Source: a virus
Taxonomy: Duplodnaviria; Caudoviricetes
Length of the DNA stretch: 60,106 bases
Strand: one strand, 5' to 3'
Virus record (IMG/VR): IMGVR_UViG_3300027736_000049
Location: 1-60,106 of that record
Part shown: positions 16,896 to 26,022 of the stretch, piece after piece
Numbering within the stretch: the stretch's first letter is position 1
Layout of the letters: every line of letters begins with the position of its first letter
The notes under the pieces: model-generated
Told to the model about the DNA's origin: nothing
Database searches by the model: none
What the model saw: the letters and a program-made list of their open reading frames with translations, nothing else
Program-made: the position numbers and the translations under genes

Positions 16896-19517
16896 ATGAC
16901 TTTTGAAGAAGCACTTGCTGCCGAATATGGCTCAAAACCAGAAGCGTCAGCGCCACAAGGTTCTGGGCAGCTCTATGCTCCGGCAACTTCTTTTGCTGAA
17001 GCTTTGGCTTCTCAAGAGGAGAATAAGCCAAGTGTGACTTCATTTGCGTCGGCTTTGCCAATTGGATTGAACCGTGGTGCGGCAAATATCATTGGAATGC
17101 CCATTGATGCCATCAACTGGACGTTAAAGCAGTCCCATGAATATCTTGGCACACCGGCCCCGTCAGAAACACCATTTGGCGGATCGGAGTCGATCAAAAA
17201 AGGAATGGGTATCATTGGCGCAAATCCTGATGCGCCTGAACACAAACCCCGTTCTATGCCCGAACACGTTATGCAGACGTTTGGAGAAGGTGCGGCGGGA
17301 GCATTGATGCCTGCTTTCGCCGCTAAAGCAATTCCTGAACAGCTTGCCACTCAATATCCCCGGATTGTTGAAGGTGCCAAAACGATATTTGGTAAGCCAA
17401 CTGCGACAACTGCAATCGTTGGCGGAACGGGCGCACTTGGCGGAGAAGCAGCTTCATCTCTTGTCCCTGACAAATGGAAGGGTATGGCTGGATTAGTCGG
17501 TGGGTTGGCAGGAGGTGCCGCTGGTGCACTTGGCACAACTGCCGCAAAGACACTTCCCGTCATCGCCCGCGCTCATTTTGCTCCTGAAGAATTATCTGCT
17601 CGCGTGGCTGGGCAGGGTCTTCGTGAAGCAGTAGGGGCCCCTAAGATTGAAACTTCCATATCTGAGCCAACATTGCAGGGCCTTGACCTTGCATCGGCTC
17701 AGGCGTCCCAAAACCGTGGTCTTGAAACTCTTAGTCGCACTTTAGAGACTAGCAAGGGGCTTACTCCCGCCGAAGACATAAAAGTTCAAATTGGCGCGCA
17801 GTCCGCAAAAAATCAGAAGGTTGTTTCTACTGCCGCCGAAGATGCTGCGCGTGAACTTGGGCAAGATGTTAAAAGTGGCTACAACCTGCCCCCTACAGAC
17901 GCAAAAGCTTCGGCAAGTGTTCGCGCTCGCTTAATTCTTGACAATCTTGAAGGCGCTGCTGACGAGAATGTTAAAAAGTTGTGGGAAAATCCCGACTTGA
18001 AAAAAGCAACAATGTACAAAAACAAATCCATTGATCCAGTCAATGAATTTGTCTCGGATTTGTCCATATCTCGTCGAAAGCAACTTGACCCGTCAATCCT
18101 TAATACGATTGATGAAATATCAGCACTTCAAACCCGTGATGTACCCTTAAAAGAATTGCAAGACTTGCGTTCAACCGCACTGGCAAAAGGTCGCGCCGCA
18201 TATAGAAGCGGAGATGACGCTATTGGGGGCGTTCATTACGCCCTTGCAGACAAACTTAAGAATGTCATTGGGGATGGTCAAAACATCGTCTTTGGCGACA
18301 AATCAGGCGCTGCGCGGCAAGCTTGGAGTGATGCTGTAGCCGAAACGGCCAAATATCATAAAACCTTTAACGAAGGGTTTATGAAATCCCTCAATCAAAA
18401 TGCCGACGCAACTACAAGAAAAGTGGCTATTGACGATACGTTCAAGCGTATGTTGGCCGGTGGAAACGCCAATCAAAACATCGCGCAATTTCAAAACGCA
18501 ACGAAAGGCGCGATCAACGGCCATCTCGCCGACTATCTCGTTGGAGATTTGACAACCGACGGTGTAAAGATCGTCTCGCCAAAAGACGTTGACAATTGGA
18601 TGGCAAAAAGGGGGAGCACCGTTTCTCTTGTCCCCGGCTTGCGAGATCGTATTCAAAGCATCCGCGACATGAGCCTTTCCCAGAAAGTTTCTGAGGGGCT
18701 TTCCGCGGTGACGCAAGACCCAGACAAATTGTCGGCGTTTATGTCAAAGAACAAAGCCGACATTGCTACAGTCACACAAAACAATCCGCAGTTACAGTCC
18801 TATATGGAGATGCTGGAAAATTCGGCAAATCGGATCAAGCCGATTGATCCAGATAAGGCAACGAACCTCGCAACTGTGAAGAAACTGGCCAATGGGAATG
18901 TCAGTGACATTTTGTATGGTATTGGCACAGGAAAGATTATCCGTACTGCCGCCTCTGATCTTCTGATCCGTTCAATCGGAGAAAAGATGGGTGTTGATCT
19001 TGGCGCTTCTCTTGAAGCTGTTGGCGCACTGGCTGGCGGTATTGGTTCGCAACATCTTCCATTTATCGGAAAAGGTGTTGAGGGCGCTACCGAGTGGGCA
19101 TTGACCGGAAATGTCCGTCAAAAAGCAATTGAGCTTTTGCATCAGGCGCAAACCGATCCAGAGTTAATGAAAATCTTGATGGCCAAGCCAGACCCGCGCG
19201 CGGTTGAAAGCATTTTCAGCGAACAGAATCGGGCAAATGTTGTGCGCGGTTCAATGGCCGGGCGGGAAGCTGGTGATAAACATAAAAACGAGCCACTTCC
19301 TCTCACTATCCCCGGCCCTGCCAATCGTTTTGCCGGTGGTCGCATAGGCCGCGCCTCTGGCGGCAAGGTCGCCCACAACATTCAGCCGCTTGTGAGCCGC
19401 CTCATGGGGCTTGCGGATCAGGCCAAGAAGTCTACAGACAGTAGCACCAAGCCGTTGCTGGACGCCCCTGACGCTAGTATCGTCAAGGCTCTCCGTGTCG
19501 CCAATCAAGCCATCTAG
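16896..19517 (+). CDS. Internal virion / DNA ejection protein
   Basis: 873 aa, helical with Gly/Ala hydrophobic patches; ends FAGGRIGRASGGKV...ALRVANQAI. Confidence 0.65.
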   Translation: MTFEEALAAEYGSKPEASAPQGSGQLYAPATSFAEALASQEENKPSVTSFASALPIGLNRGAANIIGMPIDAINWTLKQSHEYLGTPAPSETPFGGSESIKKGMGIIGANPDAPEHKPRSMPEHVMQTFGEGAAGALMPAFAAKAIPEQLATQYPRIVEGAKTIFGKPTATTAIVGGTGALGGEAASSLVPDKWKGMAGLVGGLAGGAAGALGTTAAKTLPVIARAHFAPEELSARVAGQGLREAVGAPKIETSISEPTLQGLDLASAQASQNRGLETLSRTLETSKGLTPAEDIKVQIGAQSAKNQKVVSTAAEDAARELGQDVKSGYNLPPTDAKASASVRARLILDNLEGAADENVKKLWENPDLKKATMYKNKSIDPVNEFVSDLSISRRKQLDPSILNTIDEISALQTRDVPLKELQDLRSTALAKGRAAYRSGDDAIGGVHYALADKLKNVIGDGQNIVFGDKSGAARQAWSDAVAETAKYHKTFNEGFMKSLNQNADATTRKVAIDDTFKRMLAGGNANQNIAQFQNATKGAINGHLADYLVGDLTTDGVKIVSPKDVDNWMAKRGSTVSLVPGLRDRIQSIRDMSLSQKVSEGLSAVTQDPDKLSAFMSKNKADIATVTQNNPQLQSYMEMLENSANRIKPIDPDKATNLATVKKLANGNVSDILYGIGTGKIIRTAASDLLIRSIGEKMGVDLGASLEAVGALAGGIGSQHLPFIGKGVEGATEWALTGNVRQKAIELLHQAQTDPELMKILMAKPDPRAVESIFSEQNRANVVRGSMAGREAGDKHKNEPLPLTIPGPANRFAGGRIGRASGGKVAHNIQPLVSRLMGLADQAKKSTDSSTKPLLDAPDASIVKALRVANQAI

Positions 19518-19528
19518 GGGTCATCGCT

Positions 19529-20209
19529 ATGGTTTCGACCTATACCACCAACAAGCGCATCGAAAAGCCCGCCAATAACGATTATATCGACACATGGAAC
19601 GTCCCCGTTAATAACGACTGGGACATCATCGACAGGGCCTTTGGCGGCACCTACACGGTCTCGCTGACGAACGCCAACGTCACGCTGACGCAGACCAACG
19701 TGCAGAACACCTGCATCCTGTTGCAAGGTGTGTTGACGGCCAACGTGACCGTCTACTTCCCCTCCGGCGTGTCGGGCTTCTACATCATCAACAACGCCAC
19801 CACTGGGGCGTTTACTGTCACACTGCTTTCGGCTGGCGGTTCTCCCGGTCGCGGTATCACGGCTGGGCAGGGCTCCTACACGATTATCTGGTCTGATGGA
19901 AGCAATGTGGATCTTGCCACCAACGCCGCTTTGACGGCTGGTTCTGGCATCAGCATCGTGGGCAATACTGTCTCAATTGATACCCCTCTCTCCACCATCT
20001 ACGGCGGCACGGGACAGAGCGTTTACACCAACGGGCAGCTTCTGATCGGCAACAGCGCCTCTGGGTTGCTGGTTCCCGCTACGCTGACCGCTGGGGCAAA
20101 TATCACTATCACGAACGGCAACGGTACGATCACCATCGCCTCAACTGGCGGCTCTGGTGGCCCTATACCCAATCCCTTTGGTGTCGCCTACATTATGGCT
20201 GGTGTCTGA
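19529..20209 (+). CDS. Tail fibre / needle-like virion protein
   Basis: Thr/Gly-rich; GGTGQSVYTNGQLLIGN and TLTAGANITITNG fibre-type motifs. Confidence 0.6.
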   Translation: MVSTYTTNKRIEKPANNDYIDTWNVPVNNDWDIIDRAFGGTYTVSLTNANVTLTQTNVQNTCILLQGVLTANVTVYFPSGVSGFYIINNATTGAFTVTLLSAGGSPGRGITAGQGSYTIIWSDGSNVDLATNAALTAGSGISIVGNTVSIDTPLSTIYGGTGQSVYTNGQLLIGNSASGLLVPATLTAGANITITNGNGTITIASTGGSGGPIPNPFGVAYIMAGV

Positions 20210-20659
20210 TCTGGGCTTTAGGGTGTAGTAGCACAATGCTCTGTGCTGTCGGCAGTACGACTTCCCCGTTTTTGGCTCTCCGCAATAGCGGGTATTTTCG
20301 CCATTTACGGGCCCAAGAATGTAGCGGCAGGATTTGGGCGTAAGCTCAAAGATTGTGATCCCGCCATCCAGTTTTGGCGGTTTGGGCAACGGTGCGGGTA
20401 TCGGTGCGGGTTTATGTACCTTAATCTTGGGCTCAATTGGCCTTGGGTTTTTCACCATTGGCTTCACCTCTTCCTGCGGCTGCGCAACAGTAACCACTTT
20501 TTTTGCTACCCTGTGGAAAACTCGTCCTTTTTCCTTAAACCTGTGGATAACTCCCATAACTGTCCCGCGAGTTACCCCAAGGCTTTTGGCTATTTCTGTA
20601 CTAGACAGCCCGCTAACTTCCCACATTTCAGCAATTAGCTCATTCCGTTCTTGCGGCAT
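20141..20659 (-). CDS. gcrA: GcrA-family transcriptional regulator
   Basis: N-terminal W..GLSSTEIAKSLGVTRGTVMGVIHR; C-terminal IFEL...CRY..G...YCG...YCRQH. Confidence 0.85.
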   Translation of the reverse strand: MPQERNELIAEMWEVSGLSSTEIAKSLGVTRGTVMGVIHRFKEKGRVFHRVAKKVVTVAQPQEEVKPMVKNPRPIEPKIKVHKPAPIPAPLPKPPKLDGGITIFELTPKSCRYILGPVNGENTRYCGEPKTGKSYCRQHRALCYYTLKPRSDTSHNVGDTKGIGYRATRAAS

Positions 20660-20849
20660 TTCTCTTCTTTTCCCTCTGTGGTGGATCAGGCAGCGACATC
20701 CAATGAGTTGGTTGCGGATTTAGGGCCCCATCAGTGCCCGTGTCCCACACACCGCAGCAAAAGAACACGATTTCCACCCATCGCCCGTTCCACCCCAAAA
20801 TCCAGTTTCCGTCTTGGGGGGCCGTGTCCATTGTTTGCCATTCGGTCAT
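20640..20849 (-). CDS. DUF551-like protein
   Basis: EWQTMDTAPQDG...PTHWMSLPDPP. Confidence 0.75.
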   Translation of the reverse strand: MTEWQTMDTAPQDGNWILGWNGRWVEIVFFCCGVWDTGTDGALNPQPTHWMSLPDPPQREKKRNAARTE

Positions 20850-20911
20850 GTTGCGCCCTCTCAAGTTAAGTGCAGATGGGGCCGCAGTCCCACCTGCCTG
20901 TTAACCCTACC

Positions 20912-21244
20912 TCACATCCCGTCGTCAGTCGGAGCGTCAGCAACAGATTTTCTAGCCATTTCGGCAATTTCGTGCTCAAGCATATCGGCTGTCGCAAACA
21001 TCCCCGCAAAGGCAAAATAGTTGATCCCGTCAACATACGAATCTAAATTGCCCCTATCGCCTTCAAGCCTTCCTAGCTTGCAAGCGTGCATAATCATGGC
21101 AATGTCGTATGGCGTGATTGGCTTGTTGAGCAACAATGTGGCGATCTTTGCCTGCCGCTCCAGTGTCTTCTTCATGTCGCCATACTGGCTGGCGCGATCA
21201 TGAAACACTTCAATAGTCCGTGTCATTACCTCTTGATATTCCAT
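20912..21244 (-). CDS. DUF6378-like phage protein
   Basis: DRASQYGD...IAMIMHACKLGR...DSYVDGINY. Confidence 0.7.
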   Translation of the reverse strand: MEYQEVMTRTIEVFHDRASQYGDMKKTLERQAKIATLLLNKPITPYDIAMIMHACKLGRLEGDRGNLDSYVDGINYFAFAGMFATADMLEHEIAEMARKSVADAPTDDGM

Positions 21245-21260
21245 TGCTGGCCCCTTTTCC

Positions 21261-21491
21261 TTATTGAAATTCGTCGTAGATGCGGACTTTTCCGACGTAG
21301 TGCTGGTTGATAAGTAATTTTCCTCCGTTTTGTAGCTCTCCGTTTTCGCGTTTCCATTCTGTGACCATGATGAAATCCTCTTGGTGCAGAACGTTCTGAA
21401 ACTCTTCCAGTGTTTTTGCAGGGTAATCTCCGACGATTTGATGAGACATGCCATTTTTAGTCGGTACATTTAGTGTGATGAAGAATTTCAT
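21261..21491 (-). CDS. Hypothetical protein
   Basis: ORF tiles with neighbours; AGGGG RBS. Confidence 0.6.
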   Translation of the reverse strand: MKFFITLNVPTKNGMSHQIVGDYPAKTLEEFQNVLHQEDFIMVTEWKRENGELQNGGKLLINQHYVGKVRIYDEFQ

Positions 21492-21505
21492 ATTGACCCC
21501 TGATG

Positions 21506-21748
21506 CTAGTTCCACAATTTTTTCTCTTCTTCCATATTCTTTACTTTTAACCTGATCAATTCCCCTATTTGATTTTTGGCTAATTCTGTTGCGTTATCAA
21601 TATCTTTTTGTGCAATATTTTCGCCTATAAATTCGCAGAGAGCCAACAATATGGCCATGGTCCCATACATAGGGTGTTTGCACATGGAGGCGAGTGCAAA
21701 TATTGCATCGCTAATTTCCATAGCTTCTTCCAGTTTAGGGTCTGACAT
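21506..21748 (-). CDS. Hypothetical protein
   Basis: GAGGAG RBS; tiles with neighbours. Confidence 0.6.
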   Translation of the reverse strand: MSDPKLEEAMEISDAIFALASMCKHPMYGTMAILLALCEFIGENIAQKDIDNATELAKNQIGELIRLKVKNMEEEKKLWN

Positions 21749-21920
21749 AAGTGGCTCCTCTCATGAGCAGGTGGTCTAAAGCTGATTGATTTGGTTCACT
21801 TTTTGGACGCTTCAACTCTATGATTTCCGCCTCAAGCTTATTGATCCTGTTTTCCATCCTGCGAATGTCCGCTGCATATTGAGCCATCCGGTCTTGCAGT
21901 ACAAGGGCGAAAGTTTCCAT
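21735..21920 (-). CDS. Small coiled-coil protein
   Basis: GGAGG RBS; RINKLEAEIIELK heptads. Confidence 0.55.
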   Translation of the reverse strand: METFALVLQDRMAQYAADIRRMENRINKLEAEIIELKRPKSEPNQSALDHLLMRGATYVRP

Positions 21921-21921
21921 T

Positions 21922-22020
21922 TTAGCCTCCCGCCACAATGCAGATGGTGAAGATCGCCACTATGGCTATGCCAGTGGCGAAAATGTTGGCGGCTTCATAG
22001 GCTAGGTCCAAGGCTTTCAT
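21922..22020 (-). CDS. 32-aa membrane peptide (not in ORF track)
   Basis: AAGGAG RBS; MKALDLAYEAANIFATGIAIVAIFTICIVAGG; fills the gap between neighbours. Confidence 0.55.
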   Translation of the reverse strand: MKALDLAYEAANIFATGIAIVAIFTICIVAGG

Positions 22021-22498
22021 TTGATTTCTCCTTTTCGATGCAACCACTATGCACCGCAATTTCTTTAGGAAAGCTTAACAGCGGCAAATTATTTCGCTTT
22101 GCATGTTGGCGAACGGCATGGAGGATCGTCGTGTGGTCTCGCTTGCCCAATATCAGCCCCACCATAGGCAGGGATAGGTTGAGCCTCTTTTTGATTTCAT
22201 ATGCCGCTTCCTGACGGGCTCTTGCGTATTTCCATTTTCGACTTTGCCCAGTTATGTCCTTTGCCGTCATCTCATGCTTGATTGCGATTTCCTTCAAAAT
22301 GGCCTGCGCAGGCGTTAAAGGGATGAACAAGCGCGGCATCTTTGGTTTTTCAGGTTCCGGCTCTGGCTCCGGCTCTGGCTCTGGCTCAGGGGCCAGTAGA
22401 ATAATCGGCTGAATGACGATTGGCTTCTTTGGGGGCGCGTATCTCAGACGCTCCCGGACGGCTTTGTAGTGCGCCTGCATTTCTTCAATCGTTTGCAT
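21995..22498 (-). CDS. DnaA C-terminal (domain IV-like) DNA-binding protein
   Basis: ARARQEAAYEIK...LSLPMVGLILGKRDHTTILHAVR; (PE)n linker; no AAA+ domain. Confidence 0.85.
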   Translation of the reverse strand: MQTIEEMQAHYKAVRERLRYAPPKKPIVIQPIILLAPEPEPEPEPEPEPEKPKMPRLFIPLTPAQAILKEIAIKHEMTAKDITGQSRKWKYARARQEAAYEIKKRLNLSLPMVGLILGKRDHTTILHAVRQHAKRNNLPLLSFPKEIAVHSGCIEKEKSNESLGPSL

Positions 22499-22502
22499 AA
22501 GG

Positions 22503-22982
22503 TTATTCCTTTGGCGGGTTTGGCAACAACATCCAGTGGGTTGGCTTACGTTTTTCATAAAATGTTTGCTCAATCCACCACATCCCGCCCGCAAAGCACC
22601 CGATAAGAATACCCCCATCCTCACAAAACACCAGAATTTCTGTATCATCCCTTGGCGCGGTTTCTATAGGTTGCCATTCAGCATACATAACATACCCATG
22701 TTTATGCATGTTTTCTTGCCAAAGTTCTGTCATGGAACGATGGGTTTTGCGCAATGCGTTAAGAGCGCGTGTTTGGGCTTCATATTCACTTAACAAACGC
22801 GCATCGGCATGTTCTTCCCAATGCCGTTTGGTTGACAGTTCATGCTCATAGGGAAGATTGGCGCACAGATACTCATATTGCCCCATAACCATCAATGCGT
22901 TTTTTGAAGCTTCATCTTTGCTATCTAGTAAAGCTTCATATTTCGCACGATAGTTCAGTTGTTCTTTGAGCCATTTAAACAT
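22503..22982 (-). CDS. Protein with C-terminal DUF551-like domain
   Basis: EWQPIETAPRDD...PTHWMLLPNPP. Confidence 0.7.
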   Translation of the reverse strand: MFKWLKEQLNYRAKYEALLDSKDEASKNALMVMGQYEYLCANLPYEHELSTKRHWEEHADARLLSEYEAQTRALNALRKTHRSMTELWQENMHKHGYVMYAEWQPIETAPRDDTEILVFCEDGGILIGCFAGGMWWIEQTFYEKRKPTHWMLLPNPPKE

Positions 22983-23175
22983 CTTCCGCCCCTAACAGTT
23001 CTCTTGCTTTCCCGCATTCTTCCACTGCCGCCCAGCAGTCGCAAGTGCTAAACAGTTTGCGTAGCGCCGCCTCCAGCTCTTCAATACGATCTGCCGCTCG
23101 GTTTAACTCTGACTTGAGCGGGTCGTAGAAGGTGGCCTTAGCGGACTTTCGTAGTTCCTGCGCGAGGTCATTCAT
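22975..23175 (-). CDS. Small accessory coiled-coil protein
   Basis: AADRIEELEAALRKL and CDC motif; GGAG RBS. Confidence 0.6.
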   Translation of the reverse strand: MNDLAQELRKSAKATFYDPLKSELNRAADRIEELEAALRKLFSTCDCWAAVEECGKARELLGAEDV

Positions 23176-23392
23176 ATTGTTTCTCCAAAGCGTCAAACGC
23201 ATCTTTACATGGGCAATATTCTTTTCCACACCAATCATCCGGCCCTTCGTGAGGGCAGACCCATATAATATCGGCCAGCGTGCTTCGTAATTCTTCAATA
23301 CAAGTGGCTGCTTCCTCTAGCGTTTTTGATACTTCAACATCGCTGCGGATAACTGCCCATGCGCGCAGCCGAGGCACAAGATCTTTACCCAT
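23168..23392 (-). CDS. Small accessory protein
   Basis: DLVPRLR...EAATCIEELR; Cys-rich C-terminus. Confidence 0.6.
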   Translation of the reverse strand: MGKDLVPRLRAWAVIRSDVEVSKTLEEAATCIEELRSTLADIIWVCPHEGPDDWCGKEYCPCKDAFDALEKQYE

Positions 23393-23597
23393 TTCCTTGC
23401 TCCTGTATCTTTCTACCCATAGTCGGATTATTGCGGCCCCGAACCTCGGTGTTAGGCCAGACCCAGATCTCCCCGTTGTCGTTCTGTATGCAGACCCAGA
23501 GCAAGTGATGCTCGTCCCCATTGTCGATCAGGAAGTGGCACAGGGCTTTGCCTCGTGGCGTGGTGAGCGGAATGGTGGGGTTAAGTTGAAGGATCAT
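23385..23597 (-). CDS. Hypothetical phage protein
   Basis: MILQLNPTIPLTTPRG...WVCIQ; GGAGG RBS. Confidence 0.65.
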   Translation of the reverse strand: MILQLNPTIPLTTPRGKALCHFLIDNGDEHHLLWVCIQNDNGEIWVWPNTEVRGRNNPTMGRKIQEQGNG

Positions 23598-23769
23598 TTC
23601 CCACCTCCAAAACATGTTTAATTAGTAACACTTTTGCATTTGGGTGGAGTTCTTTCCAGTATTCTGCAACTGCTTTTGCATCTTTTTTATCAAGATACCA
23701 TCCATCCCAAACGGCGTCCCTTGAATTTCGTTTATGTAGCAGGATGCCCCACTCAAGTTTTTTACTCAT
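23581..23769 (-). CDS. Hypothetical protein
   Basis: Starts from the repeated GGAGGGAAAAGATG junction. Confidence 0.6.
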   Translation of the reverse strand: MSKKLEWGILLHKRNSRDAVWDGWYLDKKDAKAVAEYWKELHPNAKVLLIKHVLEVGNDPST

Positions 23770-24013
23770 CTTTTCCCTCCAGTGCTTTGCGGGCGATCTC
23801 CCGCATTTCAAAATCATTCTCTGCTGGCAACGTGCAACAATCGGTTATCTCCCGCAGCGCCGCTTCCAGTTTCTCGATGCGGATTGCGTCAAGTTCAATC
23901 TTATCTGCGGCTTGGTCCAATACACTCCAAATGTCGTCATCTTGCCATTTTTCTTTAAACTCTTCCAAATCGTGGCGAAGCGCATCAAGTTCCTTCAAAA
24001 GATCATCAGTCAT
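23762..24013 (-). CDS. Small accessory coiled-coil protein
   Basis: AADKIE...RIEKLEAALREI...ARKALEGKDE. Confidence 0.65.
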   Translation of the reverse strand: MTDDLLKELDALRHDLEEFKEKWQDDDIWSVLDQAADKIELDAIRIEKLEAALREITDCCTLPAENDFEMREIARKALEGKDE

Positions 24014-24225
24014 CTTTCCCCTCCAGTGCTTTGCGGGCGCGCACTTCAATTTTCGCCCACTCATCATCGTAGTCACAGTGCTGACAGTGATCTCCCCAGA
24101 GCAGAAAATCCCGCAGTGCGGCAGATAGCATAGCATTGCGTTCTTTGAGCCGGTCGATCTCAGCGTTCTGTTCAGTAAGCAACCGCTGGACCCGTGATGC
24201 TTCAGTCATCTTTCCCCTCCAGTGC
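23766..24225 (-). repeat. Three copies of a 24-30 nt gene-junction repeat
   Basis: 23766-23795 and 24010-24039 match 29/30; 24006-24029 is identical to 24202-24225. Confidence 0.9.
24006..24209 (-). CDS. Small accessory protein
   Basis: NAEIDRLKE, CQHC motif, ends ARKALEGKDD. Confidence 0.6.
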   Translation of the reverse strand: MTEASRVQRLLTEQNAEIDRLKERNAMLSAALRDFLLWGDHCQHCDYDDEWAKIEVRARKALEGKDD

Positions 24226-24417
24226 CTGACGATATTCATTAATATCAAGCACCGCATCAATTTGTGCTTTAATGAATGGTATATCGTTTGGTGCAGCATA
24301 AATGTTGAACAGCGCCTCCTCCAAGTCCTCGATGCGGTCGGCGGCTGAGTTAAACAGTTCATACGTTTCAGTTCTGAACGCTTTTTCGCGCAGCCGCTTC
24401 ACAAGATCGTTGCTCAT
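24202..24417 (-). CDS. Small accessory coiled-coil protein
   Basis: DLVKRLRE...AADRIEDLEEAL...ALEGKDD. Confidence 0.6.
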   Translation of the reverse strand: MSNDLVKRLREKAFRTETYELFNSAADRIEDLEEALFNIYAAPNDIPFIKAQIDAVLDINEYRQALEGKDD

Positions 24418-24418
24418 G

Positions 24419-24718
24419 TTAAGATTTCCCGTTATTTTTAACACGTTCTGCGGATGTGTTAATTTCATCAACAGGTGCTGGTGGAAGTGGCATCCAGTGG
24501 GTAGGGCGTATTTCTAACTGGTCTTCGCCATCCATGTCAGATGACCAATACGATACAATTCTATCTAAGTTAAATGTTTCCCAATGTTCGGTATCTGCGC
24601 GTGTTGAGATGATGTTCTTGCAAACCATGTAGACAACTGGATCTCCCTTATCGTTTTTCCATGTTACAATGATTGGCTCCATCAACGGCGCGGTCTCTAT
24701 AGGTCGCCATTCAGTCAT
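24419..24718 (-). CDS. DUF551-like protein
   Basis: EWRPIETAP...PTHWMPLPPAP. Confidence 0.7.
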   Translation of the reverse strand: MTEWRPIETAPLMEPIIVTWKNDKGDPVVYMVCKNIISTRADTEHWETFNLDRIVSYWSSDMDGEDQLEIRPTHWMPLPPAPVDEINTSAERVKNNGKS

Positions 24719-24849
24719 CACCATTCCCCTTTGTAGATAGAACGTAGCGTTTGCCACATCATGTAAGTGAAAAGAACCACTGTGCCGCCTATCATGAACA
24801 GCGCCCAGATGATGAAGATCAGTTGACCCAGTGCGTTAAGGTAATCCAT
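24718..24849 (-). CDS. 43-aa membrane peptide (not in ORF track)
   Basis: GGAG RBS; MDYLNALGQLIFIIWALFMIGGTVVLFTYMMWQ...; TGATG coupling to next gene. Confidence 0.55.
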   Translation of the reverse strand: MDYLNALGQLIFIIWALFMIGGTVVLFTYMMWQTLRSIYKGEW

Positions 24850-25225
24850 CTTTCTTCTCCATCAGTTGCTTCAATTTTGCTTTGTTCTCATCATCCAGAT
24901 AGTAGCCGATGCCGCGCCACGTCTTGATCTCGATGCCGTACTTCCTCATCTTTTGACGCAGCTTCCAGACTGACACTCTGGAACGTAAAAGCTCGTGATG
25001 GATGTCTGTGTAGCGGTTGTACCTGTCAAGCTTTTCAGTGATCCTATCCAGATAAACATAGTCAGCAATCTCTCGCCTATAGATGCCCATCAGAATTGTT
25101 AGCTCTTGTTTTGACAGAACATTTAAAAACGTCGCATCAGTCGGAAGCATATCAGTGCGGAGCTGGCGAACTTCTTCCTCTAATTCAGCGATGCGCTCGC
25201 GCAATTCTCGCACCAGATCAGACAT
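24836..25225 (-). CDS. OmpR/CtrA-type winged-helix DNA-binding protein without receiver domain
   Basis: LSKQELTIL...VSVWKLRQKM...IKTWRGIGYYL; N-terminal coiled coil. Confidence 0.75.
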   Translation of the reverse strand: MSDLVRELRERIAELEEEVRQLRTDMLPTDATFLNVLSKQELTILMGIYRREIADYVYLDRITEKLDRYNRYTDIHHELLRSRVSVWKLRQKMRKYGIEIKTWRGIGYYLDDENKAKLKQLMEKKDGLP

Positions 25226-25451
25226 TGGCGTCCCTCAACGCCTCAACCACAACGCCATCAATCTCACTGCTGAAACGGTCGCGCTTGTTATTGATTGCAC
25301 TCACTTTGCGTAGTGCCGCCTCCAACGTCTCAATCCGGCTGGACTTCTCCCAGATTTTGACCTCCAACTGATCAAGCAGCTTCTCCGCCGCCAGATATTG
25401 CTGATGCCAGCGGTCTTCTTGCATCTGCCAGTAGTGCGCTTGTTTATTCAT
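25218..25451 (-). CDS. Small accessory coiled-coil protein
   Basis: SSRIETLEAALRKV. Confidence 0.6.
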   Translation of the reverse strand: MNKQAHYWQMQEDRWHQQYLAAEKLLDQLEVKIWEKSSRIETLEAALRKVSAINNKRDRFSSEIDGVVVEALRDANV

Positions 25452-25464
25452 CTTCTTCCCTTTC

Positions 25465-26022
25465 TTAAGTGATGTTCATGTCTCTATAGAACTCAAACTC
25501 GGCTGCTTGCATTTCAGGGGTCCACGCTTCATGCGAGACCCCCATTTCTGTAATGTCAGGCAATGGCGGGTTTACTTTCTTATTCTTTTTAATTTGCCTG
25601 AGCCCCTTTTTTTCAAATTTACGAGCAAACTTTCGGCAGATTATTTGAACGCTTGTTCTGCTAAGTTTGTATTCTTCCGCCAAAACTTTCTGTGTTTCTC
25701 CAGCCACCCATCGGTTGTATATATTTTGATTGCGTTCCGGGGGGATAGGTGGCCTTGCGTTCAGCAAAGTCACCCCCTGCTTCTTAAGGATTTCGCAAAC
25801 AATTTGTTTGCTGATCCCGTAATCAACGCATAAATCAAGAATTTTTCTGCCTTTTTTGTAGCCATCAGCTATATTTTTATTGCGCGTTTCAGTCCCATTT
25901 AACGTTGTGTAATGCCGCGCCACTTTCTTGTAATATTCAATGTCGCCTTCAAACCTTTGGCGCTCAACACCATCAACGTACAAGCGGCCATTGACCCAGC
26001 GCGCATCTAACTCATGGCTCAT
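25465..26022 (-). CDS. Protein with two tandem HTH motifs
   Basis: RNKNIADGY..G...YGISKQIV and RNQNIYNRW..GETQKVLAEEYKLSRTSVQII; GGAGG RBS. Confidence 0.65.
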   Translation of the reverse strand: MSHELDARWVNGRLYVDGVERQRFEGDIEYYKKVARHYTTLNGTETRNKNIADGYKKGRKILDLCVDYGISKQIVCEILKKQGVTLLNARPPIPPERNQNIYNRWVAGETQKVLAEEYKLSRTSVQIICRKFARKFEKKGLRQIKKNKKVNPPLPDITEMGVSHEAWTPEMQAAEFEFYRDMNIT

